64,000 nucleotides of DNA from Octopus sinensis (Eukaryota). Shown here in pieces: positions 41,000-53,625 of this stretch. The position numbers were made by a program, and so were the translations under genes. Position 1 is the stretch's first letter. The number at the start of each line of letters is the position of its first letter. The DNA lies in NCBI RefSeq assembly GCF_006345805.1, contig NC_043004.1:50902001-50966000 (forward strand), given 5' to 3'. The notes beneath the pieces were generated by a model. That model made no database searches. It saw nothing but the letters and a program-made list of their open reading frames with translations, and was not told the DNA's origin.

Positions 41000-42350
41000 G
41001 GATAGTAGGGTTTTGCGTAAACACGCGTAAACAATAAAAATGTCAATAACAATTCTTAATTGTTGTTGACAAATTATAGCAACAAAAAACCATAGTAAAG
41101 GGAAATGCCCTCCAGGGACAAAACATGAATCACACAGATACTGAGTCAACCTTCTCACAAGGAGTACCATGTTAAGCGCTAGTCTCTCTTCTGTTCTTTT
41201 AGTCCATTGATTCGGACCTTTCTTACAATATCCGCCCACCTTTTTACAAATTTACTGGATAGAACAGCACCTCACTCACTACCCCCACTCTCCTTTCCCA
41301 CCGAAACTTGAAAAAGTTGAGGAGGGTTTGGCCGAAAAGGAAAGTGCCTGATTTCTGTCTTTCCAGTTGTACCTTCCACACAACCCTTTTCACCACAACC
41401 ATTAGACAGATGGAAATTGTCTGCCTTTCCCGGCTAAGAGAAGATAGAGGGTTCGATCTTCACAGCGAGAGCGCCCGTTAGCTAGCTCCGTCCTGCACAA
41501 GATAACATCTGTTACGCACAATTCCACAAGTCTGCAGTACTCTAACACTGTACGAGCGTATGTAGGACAGATTTCACTCTCTGCGTTCATCTCAGACTGG
41601 TGTGGTTGACGGCACTACCATGCCTGTAGGGTTTATCCCGAACTGGCAGTTCTCCCTCTCACACACACATTTCGGTAACACTACAAAGCCAGAGATTTCT
41701 GAAAATTATTCTTGGGTCCCTGCTTGAAAGTCCTCTTGATTTTCATTGACGTCCAAGTTTTCCCCGAGTGCGTCGACGAACTTACCCACCAATAATCCAC
41801 CAACAGTATTGTTCGACTGGCAGAGGGCTGTGAGCGCCTAACGACACGCTAGGTCTACGTTTGATCTAGACTTACAGCTCTGTCAAGGGGATGAGCTGCA
41901 TTTAACAAATGGCAACCACAACTACTTACCAACAAGAAAACGCCGGAGATGCCGCTGTTTCAGTGCATGTCGTGCATACCAAGCCCTCCATGCAGCAGAT
42001 GTTGGCAGCAAATGGACCTTCTGGAACGTCTCTTCAAAAGAAAGCAGAATAGTAGGCGCTCCAGTTCGGTCCGACGTTAAATGGGGCAAAAAACGACGGT
42101 TAGACGGTAATAGATGACGGAGGTGATGCTTGCGTTCACCACCTCTGCTTACCATCAGGGATAGCTTTCTCTCGGCCCATTTCTAGGTGAGATTGGCCAC
42201 CCTTCTCATCACTTCTCCTTAGTTCTTTGTCCACCTGTAGGTTTGGACCAAACCAAACCAAACCCCAAGCAATTTAAACGGTATGTTCATCTAGTGCCCT
42301 ACGGTGCTACTGGATGGCCTGCTTCTCCAGGTGTTGAGCTGCAGGCCCAC
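41000..42350 (-). mobile_element. Highly decayed Tx1/L1 ORF2 fragment
   Basis: TFKQGPKNNFQKSLAL*CY (about 41680-41730) aligns with TFRSGTNMDNLQMSLAWRCY at 16.9 kb. Confidence 0.5.
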
Positions 42351-42483
42351 TGACTTTACTTGATCAATTTTTGCTCCTGTCACCACCTCGTGTTCCCTTA
42401 GTACAGTGCTGATCACTTCGATATGTTTGTTGTTCATCGCTATTACAGTGACATCCTACGCATATACAATGATGATGATAATA

Positions 42484-42519
<36 letters not shown>

Positions 42520-43116
42520 TGGTGGTGGTGGTGGTGGTGGTGGTGGTGGTGACGATGACGACGTCGACGACAACGACGACGACAACGACAACGACGACTG
42601 TGATGAGTTTGTTAACCGCCAAGTTTCTTTCTCTATGTAAAATGATATGATCGCATTTGAGACGGAAATGTTAGGAACATGTCTACTGACTGGTTTCAAT
42701 TGGTGCCGGAAACTCTGAACTTGTATACAAAAGCTGGGATATACATTTTTTTAATACGTTTTATCCTCCATCGCACCAGAGCTACGATTAGTCAGTCAGC
42801 CAATTGTTTAAATGTTATCGTGTGTGTATGTGTGTGGCCCTGTATGCACGAGTGAGTGTTCTTGAGTTTCTGTGTGTATGCTTCTGAGTTTCTGGATGTG
42901 TGTGTATATTCGTGTGTATGATCAGGGTGGAAATGTGAGGTGAATGAATGTCAGTTGAAGGTGTCAGCTGTATTGGACTAAGAATCATGGAATGGTTGTC
43001 GTGTAAGAATAAACTGTATCAAGAATGTCTTTCTAACGAACTTTCTTTTTTTCGTTTTCCCTCTTTTTCTTTGTTTTATTATTATTATTATTATTATTAT
43101 TATATTATTATTATTA

Positions 43117-43711
43117 TTGAGTGAGAGAGCAGTGTATGCCGTCAAAATGACACTGGTGTACAAATATACGAAACCCAATATACCCATCATGACTACCCGT
43201 CTAAGGGTGCACCAGGCACATGTATTACAACCATATGTGCGCGACATAGTGATCTCATATCAAGATTAACAACGCACGACCTTGCAGGTGAGGCCCAGTT
43301 AGAATTTTCTTCATGTTGAGTAGCTCATGCCCCTCAAAAGTTCCCTGAATAAGGGTTGTTTAAGGATGTTGGACAAACCACCTGTTTCCAGAGGTGAGTT
43401 ATCCAAACCCCAAAGAATTCCTCTCAACTCATGTATATGATGCTCCCCTACTACTTCTGCTCGTGATCAGAGATGCACATATTGTCAGCCACTAAGGGAC
43501 ATGGTCAACTGGTTAAGGTCAAACAACTGACAAGCAAATCTGTGGTATTGAGCAGAATATTTGCTGTAGCCATTTTTTATACCAAGACAAAATACATAAC
43601 ACTTCCAATCAGTACATGATAACATGATAACACTTCCAATGTACTTGATAACACTTCCAATCAGTTAAGATCAGAAGACTTGAGAGCCACTATCTGGTAC
43701 TGCATCAGGTA

Positions 43712-43712
<1 letters not shown>
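43117..43712. repeat. Unclassified ~600-bp segment bounded by (TTA)n on both sides
   Basis: Sharp microsatellite boundaries; internal repeats of ATAACACTTCCAAT. Confidence 0.4.
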
Positions 43713-43787
<75 letters not shown>

Positions 43788-43835
43788 TTTCATCATCATT
43801 ATTGTCATTATCATTATCATTATTATGCTATTATT

Positions 43836-44055
43836 AAGGCGGCGAGCTGGCAGAATCGTTAGCACGCTGGACGAAATGCTTAGCAGTATTTTGCCAGTCG
43901 CTACGTTCTGAGTTCAAATTCCGCCGATGTAGGTCGACTTTGCCTTTCATCCTTTTGGGGTCGTTAAATTAAGTACCAGTGAAATTCTGGGGTCAATGAA
44001 ATCGACTAGTCCCTCCCCCAAAACTTCAGGCCTTGTGGCTATAATAGCAAGGATT
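43836..44055 (+). mobile_element. SINE family B
   Basis: Family match between (TTA)n tracts. Confidence 0.8.
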
Positions 44056-44332
44056 ATTATTACTATTATTGTTGTTGTTGTTGTTGTTTTAGAATAACAA
44101 TTGAATTTAGGTGGGAATTTAACCCGTCTTCCACACCTTCCTTGCCACAGAATCTTTATCTTATCAATTATGCTCTTTCACTCATTAAACATGCACAGAT
44201 TTGAATACGCATGTATGTATGCATTCATATATATGTGTGTGCATGTGTACGCGCGCGCGTACGCAAATGAGTGCAGACATAATGAGTGACATGACATAGT
44301 TGATAAGGTAAGTTTTGTGACTATATCAAGTA

Positions 44333-44384
<52 letters not shown>

Positions 44385-44602
44385 AAAAAGTAACCAAAGA
44401 GAGAGGAGAGAGAGAGAGAGGGGGGGAGAGCAGAAATAACACGTTTGAAATAATTGCTTCGACCGTTTCAAATTTTTGCACAAAGCCAATTTGAAATTTA
44501 AAATTGACTTCAGCGTGATTCGAACTGAAAACCGAAAAAGGACAGCTAATATAATGTTCTTTCAAGTTTGTCTTTTTTTTTTTTTACTTCACCACTTAAT
44601 AA

Positions 44603-45395
44603 TTGTTTCAAATCGTAACACAAAGCCAGCAATTTTAGTGGGAGGGGACTAGTCCATTACATCGAACCCAATGCTCAACTTGTACTTATTTTATCGATCC
44701 GCAAAGGAATGAGAGACAGAGTCAACCTCGGCAGAATTTGAACTCAGAACGTAAAACCAGAAGAAATATCGCGCAGAATTTTGTCCGGTGCGCAAACCAT
44801 TCCGCCCGCTCATCGCTCTATTAATAATGTTGATAATCCTTTCTACTAAAGACACACGGCCTGAAATTTGGGGTGAGGGGTTAGTCGATTATATCGACCC
44901 CAGTACGCAACTGTTTCTCGAAAGGATGAAAGGCAACGTCAAACTCGGCAGAATTTGAACTCAGAATAAAAAGTCAGACGAAATGCCGCTAAGTATTTCG
45001 CCCAGCGTGCTAACAATTCTGCCAGCTCGCCGCCTTTGCCGACCTATGATTAATAATGATTTCAAAGTTTGGCACAAGGCCAGTAAGTTCAGAGGAGGGG
45101 GAAAAGTCGATTACATCAATCTCAGTACTCAACTGGTACTCATTTTACCGACTTCGAAAGGATGGAAGATGAAAGCAAAGTTGACCTCAGCGGAATTTAA
45201 ACTCAGAACGTAAGGACGGACGATATGCTGTTAAGCATTTTGCCTGGCGTGCTAACGATTCTGCCAGCTCACCGCCTTCGACGAATTACTAATAATGATT
45301 TCAAATTTTTGCTACAAGGGCAGCTTGGTGGGGTGGGGGATTAAGTCGATTACATCGACTCCGGTGTTTCACAAGTACTTAATTTATCGACTCCG
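44603..45395 (-). mobile_element. Four head-to-tail SINE family B copies
   Basis: About 44603-44822, 44836-45036, 45056-45278 and 45296-45395. Confidence 0.75.
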
Positions 45396-45594
45396 AGTAG
45401 CTTGATGAGGGATTTGCATTTTGCGTTTGGTCTGGACTTCTTACCATTTAAAAAGGGAGTTCACATTTCGCAACAAACTGCGCATATTAATGGTTAAAAT
45501 ATATTTCACTTGTGGTCTAGGTCTGTACACAATCTAAATCAGCTCTATTTTATATGTATGTTCTTGAATGTGTCTCATACAAGTTAAAATAGGG

Positions 45595-45815
45595 CATGGA
45601 TTTTGCATCTGGTCCGGGCCTATTTGTAGTTGAAATGAAGACCACATTTCACATTTGAGCAAAGCTTATTACCAGTTGAAATGAAGCCTACATCTCACTC
45701 CTGGCTCGGGCCTATTACCCGTTGAAACGGAGCCTGCATTTCACATTATGTTTGGACCTATTATGAACTAGCTTGAGGGCCTACATTTCACATCTGGCCT
45801 GAACGTATTGTAAGT
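45595..45815. repeat. Degenerate ~46-bp minisatellite, about 5 units
   Basis: Recurring CATTTCACAT..GGCCTATT..GTTGAAATGAAGCCT. Confidence 0.55.
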
Positions 45816-45880
45816 ATTGCACGGACCTGTCTCTGACCAATGATTTTGCAACGTCAGTCTAACTCATCACATCTCATCGT

Positions 45881-45913
<33 letters not shown>

Positions 45914-45989
45914 GAGACAGAGAAAGAGAGTGCATGTATAGTTGTGTATGTGTGTTATTGTGTGTGTATGTGTATGTGTGTTTGTGTTG

Positions 45990-46020
<31 letters not shown>

Positions 46021-46108
46021 AGACAGAGAAAGAGTGTGTGTATAGTTGTGTATGTGTGTTATTGTGTGTGTATGTGTATGTGTGTTTGTGTTGGTGTGTG
46101 TGTGTGTT

Positions 46109-46141
<33 letters not shown>

Positions 46142-46271
46142 TAGTATGACTGTGAGTAGATAGAAGGTTATAATTTCTGTATCGCGTTTTAACAATTTTT
46201 TATCAATAGCAATAATTGTATTATTGGGTAATGTCAAGTTGACCATTTACAACAATGCGCGCGAGCGCCAA

Positions 46272-46308
<37 letters not shown>

Positions 46309-46500
46309 CCTCATTGCTGTGATATCTAACATTTAAACAACGGGAAAACGTTTTGCAGAGAATGACAGTGTATTCACAACATATTGCTGCAGCTGACCTG
46401 CCGTGGTGGAGGTGGCGTTGGTGGTAGATGGTGTTGGTGGTGGTGTAGATGGTGATGGTGGTATTCAGTGGATTTGATGGTCAAAAACTCAAAGAAACCC

Positions 46501-46555
<55 letters not shown>

Positions 46556-46559
<4 letters not shown>

Positions 46560-46952
46560 GTTATCGCCATACTAATATGGCATTCTTATAAAAATAAGAA
46601 TAAAGCTGTCCGCTTATTAGCTCCATGAGGCCATCGCCTTAAGTTAGCTATTTGATACACAAACTGTATCCATATAACCTTCGAACAAGGGAGGTCAGTC
46701 GCTCCACACTACTTGACCGGCAGCTACAGACGCGTTTCGGGGTATTGCCCCTTTTCAATGCAGCGTAGCCAGCCAGTAGGTGTCGCTTCCGACAATCTCT
46801 GTTCGATGGTTTTATTTACCTAGTTTCAGTGGAATACATCCACTTGTTTTCAATAATAGAAATATTAAAATTACTAAGTCTCTCTAAAAGAGAACAGCGG
46901 CAGCGTTCCCGGAAAATAATAGTTATCGCCATACTAATATGGCATTCTTATA
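46556..46952 (-). mobile_element. Inverted 1.1-unit copy of the 362-bp hammerhead repeat (hammerhead at 46723-46764)
   Basis: Reverse complement of the 47099-48452 unit; TTATCGCCAT at 46561 and 46923. Confidence 0.9.
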
Positions 46953-47069
46953 AACACTCACAACGCCCGGTCTGGGAATCGAAACCGCGATCCTACGACC
47001 GCGAGTCCGCTGCCCTAAGCACTGGGCTATTGCGCCTCCACACACACACACAAACACACACACACATAC

Positions 47070-47100
<31 letters not shown>

Positions 47101-47101
47101 C

Positions 47102-47143
47102 GCTGCATTGAAAAGGGGCAATACCCCGAAACGCGTCTGTAGC
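47102..47143 (+). ncRNA. Type I hammerhead, U3:A8 variant (unit 1; predicted cleavage after 47137)
   Basis: GCTGCA-TTGAAAA-GGGG-CAATA-CCCC-GAAAC-GC-GTC-TGTAGC. Confidence 0.82.
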
Positions 47144-47463
47144 TGCCGGTCAAGTAGTGTGGAGCGACTGACCTCCCTTGTTCGAAGGTTATATGGATAC
47201 AGTTTGTGTATCAAATAGCTAACTTAAGGCGATGGCCTCATGGAGCTAATAAGCGGACAGCTTTATTCTTATTTTTATAAGAATGCCATATTAGTATGGC
47301 GATAACTATTATTTTCCGGGAACGCTGCCGCTGTTCTCTTTTAGAGAGACTTAGTAATTTTAATATTTCTATTATTGAAAACAAGTGGATGTATTCCACT
47401 GAAACTAGGTAAATAAAACCATCGAACAGAGATTGTCGGAAGCGACACCTACTGGCTGGCTAC

Positions 47464-47505
47464 GCTGCATTGAAAAGGGGCAATACCCCGAAACGCGTCT
47501 GTAGC
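47464..47505 (+). ncRNA. Type I hammerhead, U3:A8 variant (unit 2; cleavage after 47499)
   Basis: Identical motif; stem I extends via GGCTGGC/GCCGGTC and CTACT/AGTAG. Confidence 0.85.
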
Positions 47506-47825
47506 TGCCGGTCAAGTAGTGTGGAGCGACTGACCTCCTTTGTTCGAAGGTTATATGGATACAGTTTGTGTATCAAATAGCTAACTTAAGGCGATGGCCT
47601 CATGTAGCTAATAAGCGGACAGCTTTATTCTTATTTTTATAAGAATGCCATATTAGTATGGCGATAACTATTATCTTCCGGGAACGCTGCCGCTGTTCTC
47701 TTTTAGAGAGACTTAGTAATTTTAATATTTCTATTATTGAAAACAAGTGGATGTATTCCACTGAAACTAGGTAAATAAAACCATCGAACAGAGATTGTCG
47801 GAAGCGACACCTACTGGCTGGCTAC

Positions 47826-47867
47826 GCTGCATTGAAAAGGGGCAATACCCCGAAACGCGTCTGTAGC
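47826..47867 (+). ncRNA. Type I hammerhead, U3:A8 variant (unit 3; cleavage after 47861)
   Basis: Identical motif. Confidence 0.85.
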
Positions 47868-48187
47868 TGCCGGTCAAGTAGTGTGGAGCGACTGACCTCC
47901 CTTGTTTGAAGGTTATATGGATACAGTTTGTGTATCAAATAGCTAACTTAAGGCGATGGCCTCATGGAGCTAATAAGCGGACAGCTTTATTCTTATTTTT
48001 ATAAGAATGCCATATTAGTATGGCGATAACTATTATTTTCCGGGAACGCTGCCGCTGTTCTCTTTTAGAGAGACTTAGTAATTTTAATATTTCTATTATT
48101 GAAAACAAGTGGATGTATTCCACTGAAACTAGGTAAATAAAACCATTGAACAGAGATTGTCGGAAGCGACACCTACTGGCTGGCTAC

Positions 48188-48229
48188 GCTGCATTGAAAA
48201 GGGGCAATACCCCGAAACGCGTCTGTAGC
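48188..48229 (+). ncRNA. Type I hammerhead, U3:A8 variant (unit 4; cleavage after 48223)
   Basis: Identical motif. Confidence 0.85.
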
Positions 48230-48448
48230 TGCGGTCAAGTAGTGTGGAGCGACTGACCTCCCTTGTTCGAAGGTTATATGGATACAGTTTGTGTATCAAA
48301 TAGCTAACTTAAGGCGATGGCCTCATGGAGCTAATAAGCGGACAGCTTTATTCTTATTTTTATAAGAATGCCATATTAGTATGGCGATAACTATTATTTT
48401 CCGGGAACGCTGCCGCTGTTCTCTTTTAGAGAGACTTAGTAATTTTAA

Positions 48449-48564
<116 letters not shown>

Positions 48565-48626
48565 TGTATGTATGTATGTATGTATGTTTGTATGTAAGTA
48601 TGTGTGTGTGTGTTTGTGTGTGTGTG

Positions 48627-48929
48627 TGGAGGCGCAATAGCCCAGTGCTTAGGGCAGCGGACTCGCGGTCGTAGGATCGCGGTTTCGATTCCCAGACCGG
48701 GCGTTGTGAGTGTTTACTGAGCGAAAACACCCAAAGCTCCACTAGGCTCCGGCAGGGGGTGGTGGCGATCCCTGCTGTACTCTTTCGCCGCATCTTTCTC
48801 TCACTCTTTCTTCTGTTGGCCTGCTCGCTTAGCCAGCGGGGTGGCGTCATTTGAAGGCTAAAAACAATGCGAAGCGCATTGTGACCAGCGACGTGTAGCA
48901 ACATCTGATCGCCTGGTCGGTCATGTGAT

Positions 48930-48935
<6 letters not shown>
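48627..48935 (+). mobile_element. SINE family C head and body with an alternative 3' half
   Basis: Matches the 19506 copy for about 190 bp, then diverges. Confidence 0.7.
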
Positions 48936-49009
<74 letters not shown>

Positions 49010-49116
49010 TTCTATATTTAAGAGATGAGGATCACTGCCTGGAATCGAACTCGGAATTTTGGGGTTAGTAGCCGGCGCTCTTAACAACTACGCCAAATGC
49101 CCGTGGGCATATGATG

Positions 49117-49159
<43 letters not shown>

Positions 49160-49283
49160 CAACATCGAAAAATACCTTTAGTAATGAGAACCCAAGAAAC
49201 CTAATGACGGCTGGGGGGTATATCAGCCGAAAAGTTGTGTTAACAAAGAAGGTGAGGACAAATATCCGTCAAATGTAAATGAT

Positions 49284-49340
<57 letters not shown>

Positions 49341-50289
49341 GACGGGCTTCTTTCAGTTTCCATCTACCAAATCCACTCACAAGGCTTTGATCGGCCCAAG
49401 GCTATAGTAGAAGACACCCAAATTTCTACGCAGTGGAGCTGAACCCGGAAGTATGTGGTTACCACACAACACATACGTGCATACACATATACATACATAC
49501 ATACATACTACATACATACATACATACATACATACATGATAATGTTTGTTTTTATGTTAACTCATAATAAAAACAATTTTATATTAATCTAAAGGATTAC
49601 TCTGTACTTTTGTAGAGTACAAATTTATTATTCTTAAGCAACAATTTTATTGACAGTGACTTCGAAGTTAGTGGGTTTGAGTATGTGGAGCAGTAATTGG
49701 GTTTTAGGGCGGACTGTTATGGAGAGGTGTATTGGAGAAATTTTTATTGATTAACTTTGGGTTTATGTTATTGTTTTGAATTTAGTCATGCTCGTAGAAG
49801 TTTGTAAGCAGGTGTGAATATTTAGGAATGTTCCTTTTGGTTGGTATAGGATGTGTCAATGGTTTTACTATTTGTAGCTTTTTTAGATTTAATCTTTTGC
49901 TTTGAATGTGAAAAGGCCAAAGGTTAGTCCAGCATTAAAAAAGTTAGTGATTGGGTGTGTCAGTATTTTTATAATGGAGTTTTTTTAGAGGTTCACGAAA
50001 GAATGTGATTATGTGATGCATTCTCTGGTCAGTTTCTTTACTTGTTGTTATTTAGGGTATTTATATATATTTTTTGGGGCGGGGAGTGGGGGTCATAAGT
50101 CGGGCATTTCATTTATTTATTTTGTTCGTTGATGTTCACAATCAAAGAGGTTGTTGGTCTCTATGATTTTCTTTAGATGTTCATTATTCAGTTTTAAAAT
50201 TTTAACCTTTATGGAGGTAGAGTTTGTGGGATATATATATATATATATATATATATAATAAAATAAGCAACAGGATATCAAGAAGTGAT

Positions 50290-50373
50290 GCAGTACGACC
50301 GTTTCAAGCGGCTCCATTTAATTGATCAATGCAATCATTACTTCAATTTAAATGCAGAGCTATCATCAGCTGC
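50290..50373 (-). ncRNA. Type I hammerhead motif with extended stem II
   Basis: Minus strand GCAG-CTGATGA-TAGC..long hairpin..GCTT-GAAAC-GGTC-GTA-CTGC. Confidence 0.65.
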
Positions 50374-50603
50374 TGAAATAAATAGAATTTTAATCAGTTG
50401 GACACATTAATATGATTTTTCTCAAATGCTTTAGCAGAGCAAGAGAATGGAAGAAATCCATGTTGTCACTATTGTAGCTAAGAATAGACTACACGTCTTG
50501 ATATCCTGTTGCTTATTTTGATTTTATTCACCTTATTTCGAGGTGTACAGATAATACCGGACTGACTTGGTGCTTCAACTTAAGTACCTAATTCAACAAC
50601 AAG

Positions 50604-50637
<34 letters not shown>

Positions 50638-50638
50638 T

Positions 50639-50701
<63 letters not shown>

Positions 50702-50813
50702 GAGAAAGAGAGAGTTAATCCAAACAAGAAAGCACAAAAAAAAACACAACAACGCGAGGGCGTGGAACAAATAAAGTATTATTGGACGCTCAGGAAAGAA
50801 GGAAAGAAGGAGG

Positions 50814-50848
50814 GTTTAACGTTTCGAGCGGAGCTCTTCGTCGGAAAC
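50814..50848 (-). ncRNA. Minimal hammerhead motif with U4C substitution (family of 22082)
   Basis: Minus strand GTTT-CCGACGA-A-GAGC-TCC-GCTC-GAAAC-GTT-AAAC. Confidence 0.55.
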
Positions 50849-51215
50849 ATAGGAGAAGGAAAAATCCAGAGAAGGGAAGACAGAGGGTAAAAAATCTCCA
50901 ACGGTACACACGAGGTCACATTTTGAAAGATCGGAAGGAAATGGGTGAAGAAAGGTGTTTTCAAAGACAAGAGAGTAGTTCTGTCAAAGACAGGAGAATG
51001 GTAGAGGAGGAGGAATGTGTGTGTAAGTGTTTACTTTTACTTTTTCTTTTTTATTGTTGTAATGTTGTTACTATATGTGAATATATATATACATTCAAAC
51101 ATATAAGAGATGGCCATAATAGGACATCTGACTCACTAGAAAGAGCAGTTAAACTCCCAACCACTAATAGTTGTAATTCTGAAATGGAAAGAGAAATAAA
51201 ACCGTTTACCCTATC

Positions 51216-51299
51216 CTTTCTGGACTATGCATAGTTTCGGCAATCTTTTGTAAATAAAATAAAACTATTTACGATTGGCGTTGCCTCTTCAGCAGAAAG
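51216..51299 (-). ncRNA. Type I hammerhead ribozyme, canonical core
   Basis: Minus strand CTTTCTG-CTGAAGA-GGCAA..TTGCC-GAAAC-TATGCATA-GTC-CAGAAAG; all three stems pair. Confidence 0.88.
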
Positions 51300-51611
51300 C
51301 CAAGGCTAGCATATAGGCACGAGGCGATAAGGACCGTGCCTCGAGTCTATATGCTATAACTTTTCAAAATCCACCACTCTCGCGCGGTTTCTCAGCAGTA
51401 AATATAACTGCCGATATAATTTCAAAATTAGCCAAAAAATCCTTAATTAATATACATAATATATATATATATATAATATATATATATATATATAATCAAT
51501 ATAGGGTGGCAAAAAATTTTGTAGAATTTTTTTGCCACCAGCGGCCTAGTGGGAAAAAATTAAATAGTCATAGACCATTTATAAGTTCAACATCACAATC
51601 AAGGAACGGCC

Positions 51612-51718
51612 ATTTCTTACTGACGAATCTAACGGCTTATGGAAGATTGGCTTGATTTAATTTAATCAGGTTAGTTTACCATTAAACAATAGATGAAACG
51701 GTGCATCGTATAAGAAAT
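51612..51718 (+). ncRNA. Type I hammerhead ribozyme, canonical core
   Basis: ATTTCTTA-CTGACGA-ATCTA..TAGAT-GAAAC-GGTGCATC-GTA-TAAGAAAT. Confidence 0.87.
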
Positions 51719-52099
51719 TACAGGGTAAATGTTTTTTTAATTTTCTCCTGGTTTGCGGAATTAATGTTATTTTGCGGTTGAAGCTTTGGCTGTTATTTCT
51801 AGTGGGTGAATGGCCTATTATGGCCGTTCCTTGATTGTGATGTTGAACTTATAAATGGTCTATGACTATTTAATTTTTTCCCACTAGGCCGCTGGTGGCA
51901 AAAAAATTCTACAAAATTTTTTGCCACACTATATTGATTAATTATGAATTTTCTGGTTAATTCCGTAATGGAATCGGCGGCTTATATTTATTTGCTGCCG
52001 ATAAATTTGGCGCGAGTGCGATGATTTGAAAATTTTAGGTCAGATATTGCCGAGGCAGGGACAGAAGTGCCTCGTGAAAATATCTGTTCCGATCTGGCT

Positions 52100-52206
52100 A
52101 TTTCTTACTGACGAATCTAACGGCTTATGGAAGATTGGCTTGATTTAATTTAATTAGGTTAGTTTACCATTAAACAATAGATGAAACGGTGCATCGTATA
52201 AGAAAT
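52100..52206 (+). ncRNA. Type I hammerhead ribozyme, second unit
   Basis: Same motif 488 bp downstream. Confidence 0.87.
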
Positions 52207-52337
52207 TACAGGGTAAATGTTTTTTTAATTTTCTCCTGGTTTGCGGAATTAATGTTATTTTGCGGTTGAAGCTTTGGCTGTTATTTCTAGTGGGTGAATG
52301 GCCTATTATGGCCGTTCCTTGATTGTGATATATATAT

Positions 52338-52369
<32 letters not shown>

Positions 52370-52375
52370 ATATAT

Positions 52376-52417
<42 letters not shown>

Positions 52418-52559
52418 GTATATATGTATATATATGTATGTATGTATTAGTTTTCTTCGAGTTTTAAGTTCTTCTTAAGAGAGTACAAGCCAGTCGATGC
52501 ATACACCCGAGTGTGTGCATCTATTCACCTAATGAATCTCAGAGAGGTAATCTTTAAGA

Positions 52560-53430
52560 TGTCTAACATCTTTATTGTACCATTAATATTAATAGATTGG
52601 ATTTGGATAATCCGCGTCAGTTTCTTTTGCATTTTTTTTTTCGAAAAACCTATAATTTCTAGGTTTCGTGCAAATTTGTAGGTACTACTTACTTTAATGC
52701 CCCTATGATGATATGTACAAATGAGAATCTACAGTCTTGGTACAAGAGCTATAAGATCTGCATTAATTCGCCATAAATGTTCTCTTTCTCCTGGACTTTT
52801 CTTGGTACATGCAAATCCGCTTGGCAGCTGACCTCTACAACAGCGCACGACTTTTGTTCTTTGTCCCACAGAACAATATCAAGTCTACTATGTTTGCACC
52901 GAACTGTTGTTTTTATTGGGGTGTTCCACTAATACTCCTTGTTTTTAAAGGTGTAAATACATGCTAGTTCTGATATGCCTTTGATGTATACAACTGGAAA
53001 ATTCTTCCTGCATGCAACCGTATCATACCTCTGGGGCAGGTAGTATCTCGTAGACATTTTCGGGTAGCGGCTGATAATGTGGGTAATATTTTCCACACTG
53101 CCAAAGCAGAGTCATCATTTTCTATCACAACGTGAGGTTTGGTGGTATCTTTATCCCCATTGTTTATCAGGTATTTCGTAGCTATCTCCTGTTCCTGGAT
53201 AGCGAAGGCAAATCTTTTAAGGAAGATGTAATGTATCACATGTCCAGTAGAGGCTACCCTTCCTATCAATACTGTTGTTATCTTCTAGCTTACGTGATAA
53301 ATACCTATGCATTGCTTTTTGCTAGAACTATGCCTACCTTTCCTAGGTGGACCAGTCCAGCCTCGTTTGGTCGCATAAGACAGTTGTATTCTCAGAATAC
53401 TTGCACTGTAGTTCTTTTCTAATGTACCCC
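52560..53430 (-). mobile_element. RLE-type (R4-like) non-LTR retrotransposon 3' fragment
   Basis: FAFAIQEQEIATKYL; HSRLDIVLWD; CAVVEVSC.AD; EKENIYGEL; IIIGAL. Confidence 0.75.
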
Positions 53431-53586
53431 ATTCTAAAATGGTAGGGGGCAATTTGAGAAAGGTTTTTGCAACCGTTTCTGGAGTTCACACATACATATA
53501 TGCGTATATGTGTGCCTGTAATGTGAGTGTAGGCGTGCGCATATGAGTCCGTGTGTTTGAATAATATGTTGGTGTGCGAGCATGCA

Positions 53587-53625
<39 letters not shown>

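Larger units (their letters stand above)
51494..52330 (+). mobile_element. 488-bp hammerhead element: about 1.5 tandem units preceded by a 120-bp inverted segment, in (TA)n
   Basis: 51612-51842 repeats at 52100-52330; 51494-51613 is the reverse complement of 51820-51940. Confidence 0.82.

Noticed and set aside
46829-47218. 129-aa ORF across the array junction
   Set aside because: Chimeric frame running through inverted unit, SINE and microsatellite; no domain signal.
49540-50080. Possible decayed GIY-YIG coding fragment on the minus strand
   Set aside because: Only faint resemblance with many stops; cannot be supported without a profile search.
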